A stretch of DNA of 64,000 nt from assembly GCF_009914755.1 (NCBI RefSeq), contig NC_060938.1; one strand, 5' to 3'. The position numbers and the translations under genes are program-made. The notes beneath the pieces were generated by a model. The model did no database searches. It was not told the DNA's origin and saw only the letters and a program-made list of their open reading frames with translations. Below are positions 29,756 to 43,003 of this stretch, in pieces. Source of the DNA: the human T2T-CHM13v2.0 reference genome, Homo sapiens. Position 1 is the first letter of the stretch; every line of letters starts with the position of its first letter.

Positions 29756-30266
29756 TATAAAAGAAAAATTACACAGGATATTTGTTTAGAATGCCAAGGA
29801 AGACATCAACAAGACTATTAAAATAGGGTTATGGCTGTTGCAACGGGGGGAGATTGATTGAGTTCAACTCCACTGGGGAAAAAAAAGTAGGTTTTCTTTT
29901 AAGGCTGGTGTGTGTTAATGGAAAAGTACCACATGACCTTGGGTGGTGAGTTGGTCAATGTAATTAGACCACCTGGTTGTTTCTTATCAAAGTTAAGCTC
30001 CTACTCTCCCAGAGAGAATAGGAGACAGGGGCCTGTCTTTCTTGATGATTATATCTCAAAGGGATAGCACCCATCTCTTTTTTCTTGAGAAAGACATTTC
30101 TGAATTGTAGGAGATTTACATCTCAAAATCACAGAAAGAGAATTTACCATTGCAAAGTTTCTAAAGTAAATGCTTTTAAGAAAAGGGACATCAGGGGCTT
30201 ATCATCAGAAAGAAGCCTGTCTAAAGTTATGTCAAGCTGAAGAGAAAGTTAAGGATATCTTGGTCA
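29756..30266 (-). mobile_element. ERV1-class solo LTR (MER89/MER90-like)
   Basis: Minus strand begins TGACCAAG..CTTAAC..CAGCTTGAC..AACTTTAGACAGGCTTC; 4-bp TSD CAAA at 29752-29755 and 30267-30270; family name uncertain. Confidence 0.7.
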
Positions 30267-31869
30267 CAAAATATAGAGTAGAAGATGATGTTTTCTTAAA
30301 GGCACATGGAAGATTTTGTTGTTGTTGTTTTTTCAAATTTTGAGATGATTAATATATTTCCAAATAATATAAGCCATTCTCCTATTGTGTGTTCTTATAC
30401 TTGTGAGAACGGGGTCATTGATTCTGCGATCACCACTGTATATGAGTGACATATAGAAATATTTTACTTACAATTACTTTCTCTGTCTGTTCAGATCCAA
30501 AATGGTTAAATATAGAGATCGAACCTGAAATATTAACCATCTTGGTGTTCAAATAAAATATATATTTAGCTTTGTATAGAGTAGGGATTGAGGCTCTTCA
30601 TCTTCCTCTGGTTTTCATCTTCCTCTGGAAATTTGGTAGGATATGTGCACAACAGATCTTTTCTGTGAATTTACAAACAAGGGAATGTTAAAGTACATTC
30701 TCAGTATTTGATTATGTTTGCTTATCTTAGTCTCTAACATGCTTTGGGTGTCACTTTTGCTTTAGAAGAATCTAGCATGGAGTATAGGCATGACATTTGC
30801 ACTAAAAATTAATCAAAGGTATACCGTAAATCAAAGCTAATCATATATTATCAGCATTGAAACCATGAGTCCCAACTGCATATTTTCTCTTTCCTCATTT
30901 TCTCCGGTAGTCCATTTCTCACCCACACCACTCATGAATGCTTTGTTCTACTCTGCTCTTTTTCAAGTGTTTGCATGTAACAACATCCTTGCCACTTATT
31001 GTGAAGTGCTGTCAGTCTTACAAGGTGCTCTGTGCCTGTTCCCAGTTTCCACAACATCCTGCAGAAATCAATACAAAGCCGCCAGTTTGTTAATAAATCT
31101 GCAATTAAAATGTAATGAATTTTGAATGAGAAATGATTTTTTAAAGCATGACTGAGGACCATGCATTAATAGTGAAATGAGAGAAGGACAGCAGAAAGCA
31201 GACTTCAGTATTTAGCTCTTGACTTCGCCTTATATTTTCCATGATCTTGGAATTTACAACTATGAATTACATACATTTCTCTCTACCTCAGGTTCATCTA
31301 GGCAAGAAATACATGGTGGATTAAATAGAGAATGAATTTGAGGAAACTTTTAAAGGTCAAAAGGTAAATTTAGTTATTAAAAATGTCTTGAGATAATTTA
31401 TAAATCTGAGGGCTGTAGTGGTTCCATTCTAAATAAGTCTTAATTAAGGTAATTTTATTCTGTATTCCTACAGTAATTTTTCTAGGAGCAAAAATCCCAG
31501 TTCAGTCTTTAATTAAGGCATCAAATGTTACTGATTATTTTCACAGTTTAGTGAGTAGTGCTTAACATTTATATCCTTCTATAAAGAAGGCGAGAGAGAA
31601 TTTTCACATCTCTAGAGTAAGACATCCTTTTATGAGTCCAAGAATAACAGCTGTCCTCCTTTGCCCCAGAAGAGCTACAGTGCCTCCCATTCCAAGGACC
31701 ATGGCAAGTATTCCCAGATCTCCCACAGCACACCAGCCATTAAGTAATTCACTTCTATAACACCGACACTTCTAGCTACCATGTCCTCTACTCCCTCAGC
31801 TCCTCCCCTTATTTCATGAAGTCTAGAGTACTACCACAATCTTCTCATAAATGTTTTCACCTTCTATTC

Positions 31870-32430
31870 CACCCAATTTCCAATGAACCATGTCATCATC
31901 TTTCTAGAATACATTTTCTTTCATTCTCCTTCTGTAAAACATTCAGGAGCTTCTCCTAATCCAATAGAGAAAGTTCTGTTTGACATTCAAAATCTCCATA
32001 ATCTGGTTTTGGCCTATTATCCTGATAGTTTTTTTTCTGCATTTGCCTCCAATTAAACCACTAACTAAAGAGCTGTTCACTGTGATTTCCTCCCCTGGCA
32101 TCCTCCAGAGCACCATCTTTTTGTGCAGGTCTAAATCATAGCTTTAAGTTATCAATCAAAGCAATAGCCTTGACCCCTTCCTGATGCTACCAACATACCA
32201 GATCAGGCCCAGCCAGAATTCACCTTCCCCTTCTTTCAACCTCTGTAGAATTTTAGCTCTCATTTCCTTGATAACACTAGCATTTTGTTTTGCTGTTAGC
32301 AATATTTTATTTCTCTTTAAAAATTATAAACTCCTTGAAGAAAGGGCCATGGAAGACTCATTTTTCTTTCTTGCACTAAGCAAAGTGCCGGGCACAGTAT
32401 CTTGGGCATAGGATGCCTTCAAGAAATCTA
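31870..32430 (+). mobile_element. L2 3' region
   Basis: TTGACATTCAAAATCTCCATAATCTGG..TATAAACTCCTTGAAGAAAGGGCCATG..AGCAAAGTGCCGGGCACA. Confidence 0.7.
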
Positions 32431-32614
32431 ACCAATTCTTTGATCGAGTACTAATAAACAATACAATTAATAAAATAAATGTTGCTATTTTATTGTCAAT
32501 AAGCTAAACTTCTTATAATCGTTCATTTTACTTATGTTAGCTCTGACTTATTTATTTTTGTGTACATTTTCTTTATATTTTATATTAAAGTTTATATCGG
32601 TATTAAATCAAATA

Positions 32615-32684
32615 AATCAAGTTACAATTTAAATCCTTAATGCGTTAATCAAGTTATGATTAAATCCTTAACGCATTAAGGATT
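32615..32684. repeat. ~31-bp tandem duplication containing a palindrome; 17-bp perfect inverted repeat
   Basis: AATCCTTAATGCGTTAA (32632-32648) is the exact reverse complement of 32668-32684. Confidence 0.9.
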
Positions 32685-32790
32685 ATTTTTATTTTCATCA
32701 CTCTCAAACCCCAAACTCTTAGTTTTCTGAGGAATCTTTAAACTTAGATTAAATTTACATTGTAAACCAATGGAGCAACATCACATTTCA

Positions 32791-33147
<357 letters not shown>

Positions 33148-35339
33148 CTAGACCCAATTATATCTATGTATGAGAACAATGGGAAGACTTTTTCATCTCC
33201 AGAATGGATGTCTGCTTATATAAATCAGAGCATCAATCTCTGTTGTTCAAAATGGTTTTTAATGTGCAAATAATGAAAGTTTCATTCACATAGGAAAAAA
33301 ACATGTTTTGCAAGGATGCTTAAGTTCCCAGTCATTAAAAAAAAAAGAAGTCAGTTTCCTATGGCTGAAATAGAATCTGGAAATATGAAGTAGATGATTT
33401 ATACTGCCGATTGTACAACCATATTGAATCGTTTCTAAAATATAATAAACTGTAGTTAAGTGCAGACCTGCAGTTGCTGACCTCTTTATTACCTGATTCA
33501 TTGTGCTACACACACTTTGGAGAGAAAATGAGTTCATCAATCAGATGATAATGTTTACTAGTGCATAGCTTTCTTCTGAGCTGATGACTTCTTGTAGCAA
33601 AAGGACATGAATAGCTTTGTAAGCATCACTTGAATAAAGATTTTTTGCCATTTCTATGTGATTCACAGGCTACTGGTCTTTGGTTCTAAACATATAATCT
33701 TTCTGTTAGTCCAACCTGACAAATCACAAATGCAGAGGAACTTAAAAAATTCAAGGTCTGCAAAGTTCTTTGAAGTCAAAAGCTCTTGTTGAGGAATTCA
33801 CCTTGATCTATCTGTGGAACATGCCGCACTGACCTATGTAATAACTTCCTTTAGAGGAGTGGTTCTTTTGTATTAAAGTTAGTTACATGCCTTGGATTTG
33901 GAATATCACCATATTGCTATATCTGAAAAGTGTTTCTTATGTAAAGAAAAGCCCTGAAAATATGTCCAAGTGTTGGTTGCCCTCAATTCAGAAAAGGTCT
34001 CCATTAGAATACGTGTCCAGTAAAATCTGTTTCTAGCCTTCCCAGCCTTCTCCCTAATTCCTCTTGCCTTTCAATGCTTGTGCACAAAAGCAAACAGCTA
34101 GTAAATTATTAATTCTATTGCATTATTTTTAGTGTCACTCCTTCATTTTCTCATTCTTGCTCAAAAACCATGAATAATTTCCTCTTCTTTAAAAAGTAAG
34201 GTCCATATTACCTAGCTTGGCATTTTAGGCCCTGTTCATACCTGGTAGAATCTTATATTCAACACCTGTTCTACACCTGAGCTTGTTTCCAAATTAGTTT
34301 TCCAAAATAATATGCATAGATTTCCACCTATCACCTTTTTTCCAAACAGGCACTAAACCTTTCTTTCATTCCTGTTATGCCTGCTTTCTCTCTGTGTGTA
34401 TGGCCTGACTCATCATTGACACTGTAAGCCAAGACTTACACCCCTTGGAACCTCAGCTCTGGGCTGAAGGAGGCTCTCAATGAATATTCAAGATCATGAT
34501 ACTAGTGTTTTAAGGTCAATTGTTCTATCAGATAATGTAAGATAAAGTAGTCATCTGAAGCATTGTTTAATTTCAGAGCCTAATGTGGTGGGGGAGAGGG
34601 ACAGGGAAAGGCAGTGGGAGGATGGGCAGGATGTATTAGCTTCCAATCCATGGGGCTCTTTTGAAGGTAGAAATAGATAAATCATTTGTTTAGCATAGGG
34701 CCTAGAACTTTGTAAGAATTCAATATATAATGCATCAAAAATATAAGGTTGTCATGGTTCCTTTCTTGTAGACATCTAATACAGCCAAAAACATAAAACA
34801 TTCACTTTTCCAGCCCATACAATTGTGGAAAAGTATTCTGAGGCTGTCTGCAAAACTTAGCTTTCTTGATAAAAGGGATAAACATGGTTAATCTTTTGCT
34901 ATCTTCTTTCTTCCTGCCTTGAACACAGAGGAGACAGAACTGAGAAAGCCACCCTGTGATCTTATTTAGGCAGGCCAAGAGAATCACAGAGAATGGCATC
35001 AATACACTATTGTTAGTGGTATTTTTCTTTCACTGGCAGTCAAAAGAATATCTATCTGATAAAAATGCGGCTATTAGTTTTTTAGGAACTTTTACTGCCT
35101 GTACCCATAACTAATGAGCTATGTTCAGAGCAAAGAAGAATAGTTAATCAATTGCTGCTTCATAAACACATTAGCCACATGATCTCCTGTATTGAATATA
35201 TATCCATTGTAAATAAAAATTGCCTGAATTTCACAAAATTGTTTGAATACCAAAAAAGTAAAGTCTCCAAATAGTTTTATGTGGGAAAATGAATGATCAA
35301 ATGGTGAACATTATTTTGTAAGGATTTAGCCTACGAAGA

Positions 35340-35580
35340 TCAATTGCTTACATTACTGAGCATTAAATTTGTGCTAAGAAAGAACTGAGCCAAGCACTTT
35401 TGAATACCACCACATTTAATCCTTTCAACTAAACTATATAGTCAAGATTACAAACTTGGATTCCAAGGAAAAATGCTTCAAAGTGGTAAGCAACTTGCTC
35501 AAGGTCAAACAGCTAGATAGTTGCAGAGGTGGGAATCAAACTTGAGTTTGTTCAATTCTAAATTTGTGATTTTAAATATT
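35340..35580 (-). mobile_element. MIR
   Basis: TTACTGAGCATT..CATTTAATCCTT..TAAGCAACTTGCTCAAGGTCAAACAGCTAG..GGGAATCAAAC. Confidence 0.75.
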
Positions 35581-35704
35581 TTATATATTCTATTACAGCC
35601 TAGCCTAATACAGATAACTGAAAATATACAAAATCACTTTGTAATTTGGAAGCTTTTTTGTCTTGTATTGTTAACTAGAAAACTATATATTTCAAAGGTG
35701 TTTT

Positions 35705-36330
35705 TCATTCATTTAACCAATATTTATTTAATGAATACTCTGTGTAAATGTGTACTACTCTGTGTGTATGGTATACCGGAGAATATAATATTGGACAAAA
35801 TAGACATGGTTTCTGCCCTAAGCAAATACAACTTACTAGAAAAGGAAAGTGGTAAATGATTCTAAAATAAACAATGATTATCAACATAGTTCTTATAAGA
35901 GAAATTGAAGATCACTTAAGTCCATTTTGTGGCATTAGAGATTCTTTGGAGAATCATCTAAACTGAGATTTGAAGGATAGATAAGAACAAGGAAACCTAA
36001 GGGAAAAAGGAAAGATTATTCTTAGTAAAGAGAATAGCTTGTGACATTTAACTGAATGGGTAGATGTAGGTAAGACGTAGGAGACAAATTATAGTAAGAC
36101 ATGAGAAACTTAATAAAGAATTGTTTATTTATGTGCCTTTCAAACTAAAAGAAATAGAAGTTATTGAAATAAGCTTTAAGTGTCAGAACAACAAGATCAG
36201 ATTTGCATTTTAGAAAGGTCACTTTGGCTTGTGCAGTGGCAGATAAATTAGAGGCATTTGCTTGAAAGCAAGGAATTTGCAACATTCTATGTAAAAAATG
36301 GTCGCAAAGTCCGGAACTTAAGTGTGAACA
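35705..36330 (-). mobile_element. L2 3' region
   Basis: TCATTCATTTAACCAATATTTATT..AGACATGGTTTCTGCCCT..AGATTTGCATTTTAGAAAGGTCACTTTGGC. Confidence 0.8.
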
Positions 36331-37288
36331 TTAGTGTCTGGAAATGCGAGGGGCGATGAATATCTTCTGTGACTCCCAGACCTCAGGCAGCTAGGGTGCA
36401 AAGGATGAAGCAATCATACCTCTGTCCACCACAGTGAAAGTGATGCTTTTAGGGGAGTTTTCATGCAAAGAGGTGAGGAAGTCGGGTGCTTTTTTAATGA
36501 AAGAATGTGAGTTTGGTTGGGTAAAGTGCAAGGGTAGGGGGAGCAAAAGAAGGAAAAGGGAGAGGCTTGGTAGAGGATGGGTCAGATTTAAACAAACAAA
36601 CTGCATGGTGTTTGGGGGTGGATAGGAATATGAAAGGGTATTGACAACTAAATAAATGTAGGGTTTTGGCTATGACCTTGAAAATTATGGGTGAAATTCC
36701 CAATGAATGGATTTATTAAAAAAATCAAGATTTGAAGAAAATATCCTCTAGAATTCCTTCTTGAATGAAAGGAACTAAGGACCCCAAAGTGGCAGCTGTG
36801 TGAAGCCTTGGCATCGTCATATCAGGTTGGTTAATTCTTGCAATGCTGAGCAAGACTGATAGGCACATGGAAGAATGACTAAGCACAACATAGTTCTTGC
36901 CTTCAGGGAGTTTACCGTGCAACTGGAGAGACTGAGAATGCTTTTTTCCCAAATAATTTACTTGTCAATTTTAAAGTCATTATGACACATTTTTTCCCTC
37001 TTGTCTCACGTTGTTTATTAGCTGCCTTTTCTTTCCTGTTTTTATGTCATACATGACCTGGGAGCAAATATATAATGTTTCAAATCAGGTCTAAAGCCTT
37101 TCTCTGTCTTAGGGGCAGCAGAGGATAAGTTATCTTGATCGCTAATTTGATAGAACACGTAACAGCTTTGCAGATGAAAATTAGGAACGGAGTTTGGGAA
37201 TCAAAAGAATAAATCACAAAAGCAAAATATCACAACTTAAAGGCATGCATATCTGTGGCATGTGAAACACTGTTTAAAGCATTGATAT

Positions 37289-37620
37289 CAGCACTGTTCA
37301 ATAGAAATATTATGTAAGTCAGAAATGCAAACCACGTTTGTCATTTTACATTTTCTAGTAGCTACATTTTAAAAAGTAAAAATAGCATGTGAAATTAATT
37401 ATAACGATACATTTATTTAATCCAACATATTCAAAATACTATCATTGTAATGGGTAGTCAATACAATTAAGGATATATTTACAATTATATTTTATTTCAT
37501 ACCAAGTAGTTGGAATCCAGTGGGTAGTTTATACTTATAGCTCATCTCAATTCAGACAAGTTGCATTTCAAGTTTCCAATGACTACACGTGACTGGGGTC
37601 CACCATATTGAAGACCGTGG
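37289..37620 (-). mobile_element. MER33 (hAT-Charlie)
   Basis: CAGCACTGTTCAATAGAAATAT..TTTTCTAGTAGCTACATT..CATCTCAATTCAGAC..CCATATTG; ~330 bp. Confidence 0.85.
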
Positions 37621-37889
37621 CTCTAGATACCTTGTTTAGTATGGATTATCCAAATGCTAAACTCAGGAAATAATATTTATTTTTGAGTTTTTAAAAAAGG
37701 TTTACAAATATACACTTGTAACTTCATTAATAAGAGTTATAATATATTAGTTTCCTCCTAGGTTTAGTCATGTAGATGAATTCATTAAGTCCTATAGTCA
37801 GTCAATAATCCAATTGCCAGGACTTGAGCTTGGATGTCCTAAGGTATTTTACAGTCTAGTAAGGGAAATAGAACACAAGGCATGATAAG

Positions 37890-38862
37890 CCAGATCACAT
37901 TACTTACTTCTTTCTCAGAACCTAAAATCCAAAGTTCTTAAAGTGGCCTTGTCTACTGCAACTCTGTGACTCCATCTCCTCCCACCCACTCTTGAACTTA
38001 CTCTGATTTGTCACACTGGTTCCTCACTTGGACTTGATTATGGCAAACATGTTTTTGCCACAGTTTTAGCATGTGCCCATCCTCCTGCCTTCAATATCAT
38101 CCACCTAGAGGACCCAATGGCTTCTTCCTTCAAGTCTCTGCTCAAAGGCTATCTTAATTAGAGAGGCTACCCTGCCCACCCTACTTAAAAATAGCACCAG
38201 CCAACAAGCTTTATTTTTACCCTGTTGTGTTTTTCTCTACAGCACTTCACCCCACTGTGATGCTTAATTTTATCTATCAGCTTGGCTGGGCCACAGTGCC
38301 CTGATATTTGGCCAGATATAATTCTAGATGTTTCCATGAAGGTTTATTTGCGATGAGATTAATATTTAAAGTAGTAGACTTTAAGTAAAGCAGATTGCCC
38401 ACCATGGTGGGGGTGGGCCTCATCCAGTCAGTTGAAGGCCTTAATTGGATAAAGACTGAATTTCTCCCATGTAAGGGGGAATTCTTCCAGCAGATGGTAT
38501 TTGGACTTGGACTGCGACTCCTTTCTCTGTGTCTAAAATCTGCCATATCTGGTGCATATTCTGAACTTGCACCTGAATTGACATGACTGTGTAAGCCAAT
38601 TCCTTAAAATAAATCTTTCTTTTGTCTCTATCTATCTATCTCTCCATCTATCCATCCACATCCTGTTGGTTCTGTTTCTCTGGAAAATACTGACTAATAC
38701 AAGCTAATAGACTTTTTAAAAATTTTTGTTTGCTGTATGTTTCCTCAATTAGAATGTAAAGTTAATGAGGGTAGGACATCATCTGCATTGTTCACTACTA
38801 TATTCCAAGCATAAAGGACCTAAACAAACTCAGTAACTTTATTGAGTTATTGAATATATGAA
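37890..38862 (+). mobile_element. L2a-like 3' region split by MLT2
   Basis: TCCTTCAAGTCTCTGCTCAAAG..AGAGAGGCTACCCTG; resumes TAGAATGTAAAGTTAATGAGGGTAGGAC after the LTR. Confidence 0.8.
38256..38701 (+). mobile_element. MLT2 (ERVL) solo LTR, MLT2C/D-like
   Basis: TGTGATGCTTAATTTTAT..GGTGGGCCTCATCCAGTCAGTTGAAGGCCT..TTGGTTCTGTTTCTCTGGA..TGACTAATACA. Confidence 0.88.
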
Positions 38863-39977
38863 ATCACAAATTCTGCTCATGTTGACTGCTTTGAGTGGAA
38901 TAATTTTGCTTTTGTGTAGACAGCACTGGACAGTATCAGCTACCTTACAATAACAGATACTATTTGGTATCTTCATTTATTTAAGACTCATAAAAGATAT
39001 TTCTTTAAATGTGGTCATTTTACCTAATAACAAAATCTGTTACATATATACTAAGGTAATATGTACCATGTTCCAAAGAAGATTCTAAAAACATGTGTTC
39101 ACCCTTGGATGATCATATCTCTCTGAAATTTCAACTAGATTGTATTAGTTCAGCATATGTTCAATAAACTGAAGCAACAAGCCTATAAACTGCTAGGCTA
39201 AGCAAGAGAGACTAGGTATCAGATCTTCAAATGACTCTAATACCAAAATGTATTTGCTGATATAATCCCAAAGAAAAAAAGAAGAAAATGACTAATGAGA
39301 TGTTTGTGTGCATGGTACCCATATGAAATGTTCAAAAAAGAATACACAGGGTTATAGCAGGTGCCCACTCCTCTCCCTGGAACATCATCTGCCTAGATGT
39401 CTCAATGGCTTCTTTCTTCAGAAGCCCTCAGGAAGGAACAAGATATTCATGAAGATTCATTTAGTGGTTAATGTTATTTATTTATTTTCTTCCTGTCACT
39501 GAATCCTAGTTATTACATCACACATCTACTTCAGAAGCTAATGGCCTCATAAACTTTTCTCTCCAATACAGGTTGTATTTACAGAAACAAGGAAAAGCAG
39601 AAAGACACATACACACATGGCAAAAATCTAAAAGATTACTCATTGTTTTATAGATGAGTTATTTTACAATGATTTGCATGTGGTATCAGGAGGTATTAAA
39701 CACACACACACACCAACAGTTAATATTCTCATTTCAGTTTTCTAGTCAGAATAAAGAGGCTATGACATGTTAAAAGGAACAGAGCATTTGTATCAGGGAT
39801 GGAGACTGAAGCCCTGACACTGTCACTGATTAGAACCCAGCCTGAGGGTCATGTTAACGACTCTGGTCCTCGGCTTTCTCAAACTATAAATGAAAGGATG
39901 CCTTTCAGCTCAAAATACTCTTTATTTTTCTGAAATAAATTATCCAAATATGCTGAATCAAGGAGCTGATACTTTTT

Positions 39978-40097
39978 TTTAAGAGATGAGGTCTGTCTCT
40001 GGGATCTCACTGCTGTGAATAGTAGTGGCTACTCACAGTGCAATCATGATTTACTACAGTCTCAAACTCATATAGGCCCTTGCCACAGAGCTCCCCT
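39978..40097 (-). mobile_element. FAM (fossil Alu monomer), internally deleted
   Basis: AGTGGCTACTCACAG..CAATCATG..ACTACAGTCTCAAACTC FAM signature; 16-bp TSD GGA(G/A)CTGATACTTTTT at 39962-39977 and 40098-40113. Confidence 0.7.
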
Positions 40098-40348
40098 GGA
40101 ACTGATACTTTTTGAGGAACATTCTGGATGTCAGAGACTTGCAGGGACTTGGGAATAGTAATGAGGACATCAATTCTGGTGAGAGCACAGTCCCTAGGCG
40201 AGACTGATCACATGGAGAGTGATGGATTAAAGAAATAATATGTATTAAGAATAATTAAAGCCAGATTTCTTTTGGAGATAAGATTTGCAAATATGCAAAA
40301 GGAGAAAGAACTCTGTGATGATAGGTTGAAATTAAAAATAATTGTAGA

Positions 40349-41091
<743 letters not shown>

Positions 41092-42570
41092 ATATATATA
41101 CACAGCTGTGTCCACAAAGAAGGTCTGTGAGCAGCAACACTTCAATAGCCATGAGCAAATCTGGCACCTAGATCTTGGTATCTAAATACCATTTTTCATT
41201 AAAAAGAACCAGGGCTTCTTGGAAAAGTGACTGATTACAGAAATGAAGCAGAGAAAGTATTAAACGTTCCCAAAGCATCTTCAAATGGCAGAGAGAAAAG
41301 AATGATCAAAGAACGATGAGTAAAACTCAAAAGGGCACATAAAGCAGAATAAAGAAGCCCATTGGCCACATGGAAGAAAACTGGGGGCATTGACAGAAAT
41401 AGTTCAGTAATGTGTTATAACCATTGCATCAAACATGAAACCATAAGTCCATATTGATATACACAGTTAATGTATAAATAAAAATGTGATAAGAAATGGA
41501 TATTTGTATAGTTTCAAACACCTTCCCGCAAGACTCTTGTTAATTACAAAGACTAAAAGTGTAATTTTACAGTGGAGAAGGTAGCAAATACAATCTTAGT
41601 TGAGACACATCGCCTGCATACATCATTAGTAGAATTACAAACAAATCACCTCCTGATAGAAGAGGAATGCAACCCCACTTCTAAATATTATTACCCAATT
41701 TGAATAATCTGAAGCTAATTAGAAAAAAAGACAACTTAACACTCTACAAAATTCCTGGTCTATAGCTTCAAAAATATCAAAATTATAAAAATCAAAACCT
41801 CAGGAAGGATTCCAGAGTGAAAGAAACTAGAAATCCTGATCACAAAATACAATGTGTGATCCTGAATTGGATCTAAAAGAAATTATAATTTCACATAGTA
41901 CAACTTTAACGAATTGTGAGGATTAACGATGGTAATGTACCAGTGTTAATCTTCTGATTTAGACTAATATACCATAGCTATGTTAGAAAATGCCCTTTGT
42001 AGGAAATATACACTCAACTATTAGGTATGATCATCAGATAAGCAACTTATGCACAAGTGATGAGAAATACAGATAGTTATTTGTTCTGTAGTTGCTACTT
42101 TTATGGAAGTTTAAGTATTCATTTTTTTTCATTTTAGAAAAGTCATAAATTAAATGTTAAGTGCTATTGTAACAAGTGCCAGCTTTCTATCCTTCAGGCT
42201 ACTAAAACCATGAAACTCTCTGCGTGTCTATCAAACTCCAGGACCTCGCATCCAAAGAGCTATTCCCCAAGCTCCAAAATTACCTGAACCATCTTCTCGT
42301 TACACTAACAAAGCTATCATTTCCTCTGGCCACTGGAAGATTTAGTGAGTTTTTGGAGGAATAATATCTTATTGCTTTAAGGCAGCATATTTTAAATGAT
42401 CTGGTAGCACCATGCTGTATACCCCTCTCTCTGCATTGTTTTAAAATAAAACTCATTTGCTCCAAAGAATGAATATCAAGTGAAATCTATCTTGAGTGAA
42501 GGTGGTTTTGGCAAACATTCAAATACAGTGGTAATTCTAGACACAACACCAAGTTCTAAAATACAGTCTC

Positions 42571-42983
42571 TGTCAGGCCTCTGAGCCCAAGCTAAGCCAT
42601 CATATCCCCTGTGACCTGCACGTACACATCCAGATGGCCGGTTCCTGCCCTTAACTGATGACATTCCACCACAAAAGAAGTGAAAATGGCCTGTTCCTGC
42701 CTTAACTGATGACATTATCTTGTGAAATTCCTTCTCCTGGCTCATCCTGGCTCAAAAGCTCCCCTACTGAGCACCTTGTGACCCCCACTCCTGCCCACCA
42801 GAGAACAACCCTCCTTTGACTGTAATTTTCCTTTATCTACCCAAATCTTATAAAATGGCCCCACCCTTATCTCCCTTTGCTGACTCTCTTTTCGGATTCA
42901 GCCCACCTGCACCCAGGTGATTAAAAGCTTTATTGCTCACACAAAGCCTGTTTGGTGGTCTCTTCACAGGGACGCGCATGAAA
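42571..42983 (+). promoter_or_regulatory. HERV-H 5' LTR7 (promoter)
   Basis: TGTCAGGCCTCTGAGCCCAAG..GCATGAAA; duplicated GTTCCTGCCTTAACTGATGACATT; ACAAAAGA 42671-42678; CTGG-N6-CTGG 42737-42750; TATAAAA 42849-42855; GC/GT box CCCCACCC 42859-42866. Confidence 0.96.
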
Positions 42984-42985
42984 TT

Positions 42986-43003
42986 TGGTGCAGTGACTCG
43001 GAT
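42986..43003 (+). other. Primer binding site complementary to tRNA-His
   Basis: TGGTGCAGTGACTCGGAT, one mismatch to TGGTGCCGTGACTCGGAT, directly after the 5' LTR. Confidence 0.95.

Noticed and set aside
30597-30628. Direct repeat TTCATCTTCCTCTGG x2
   Set aside because: Simple slippage duplication with no further structure
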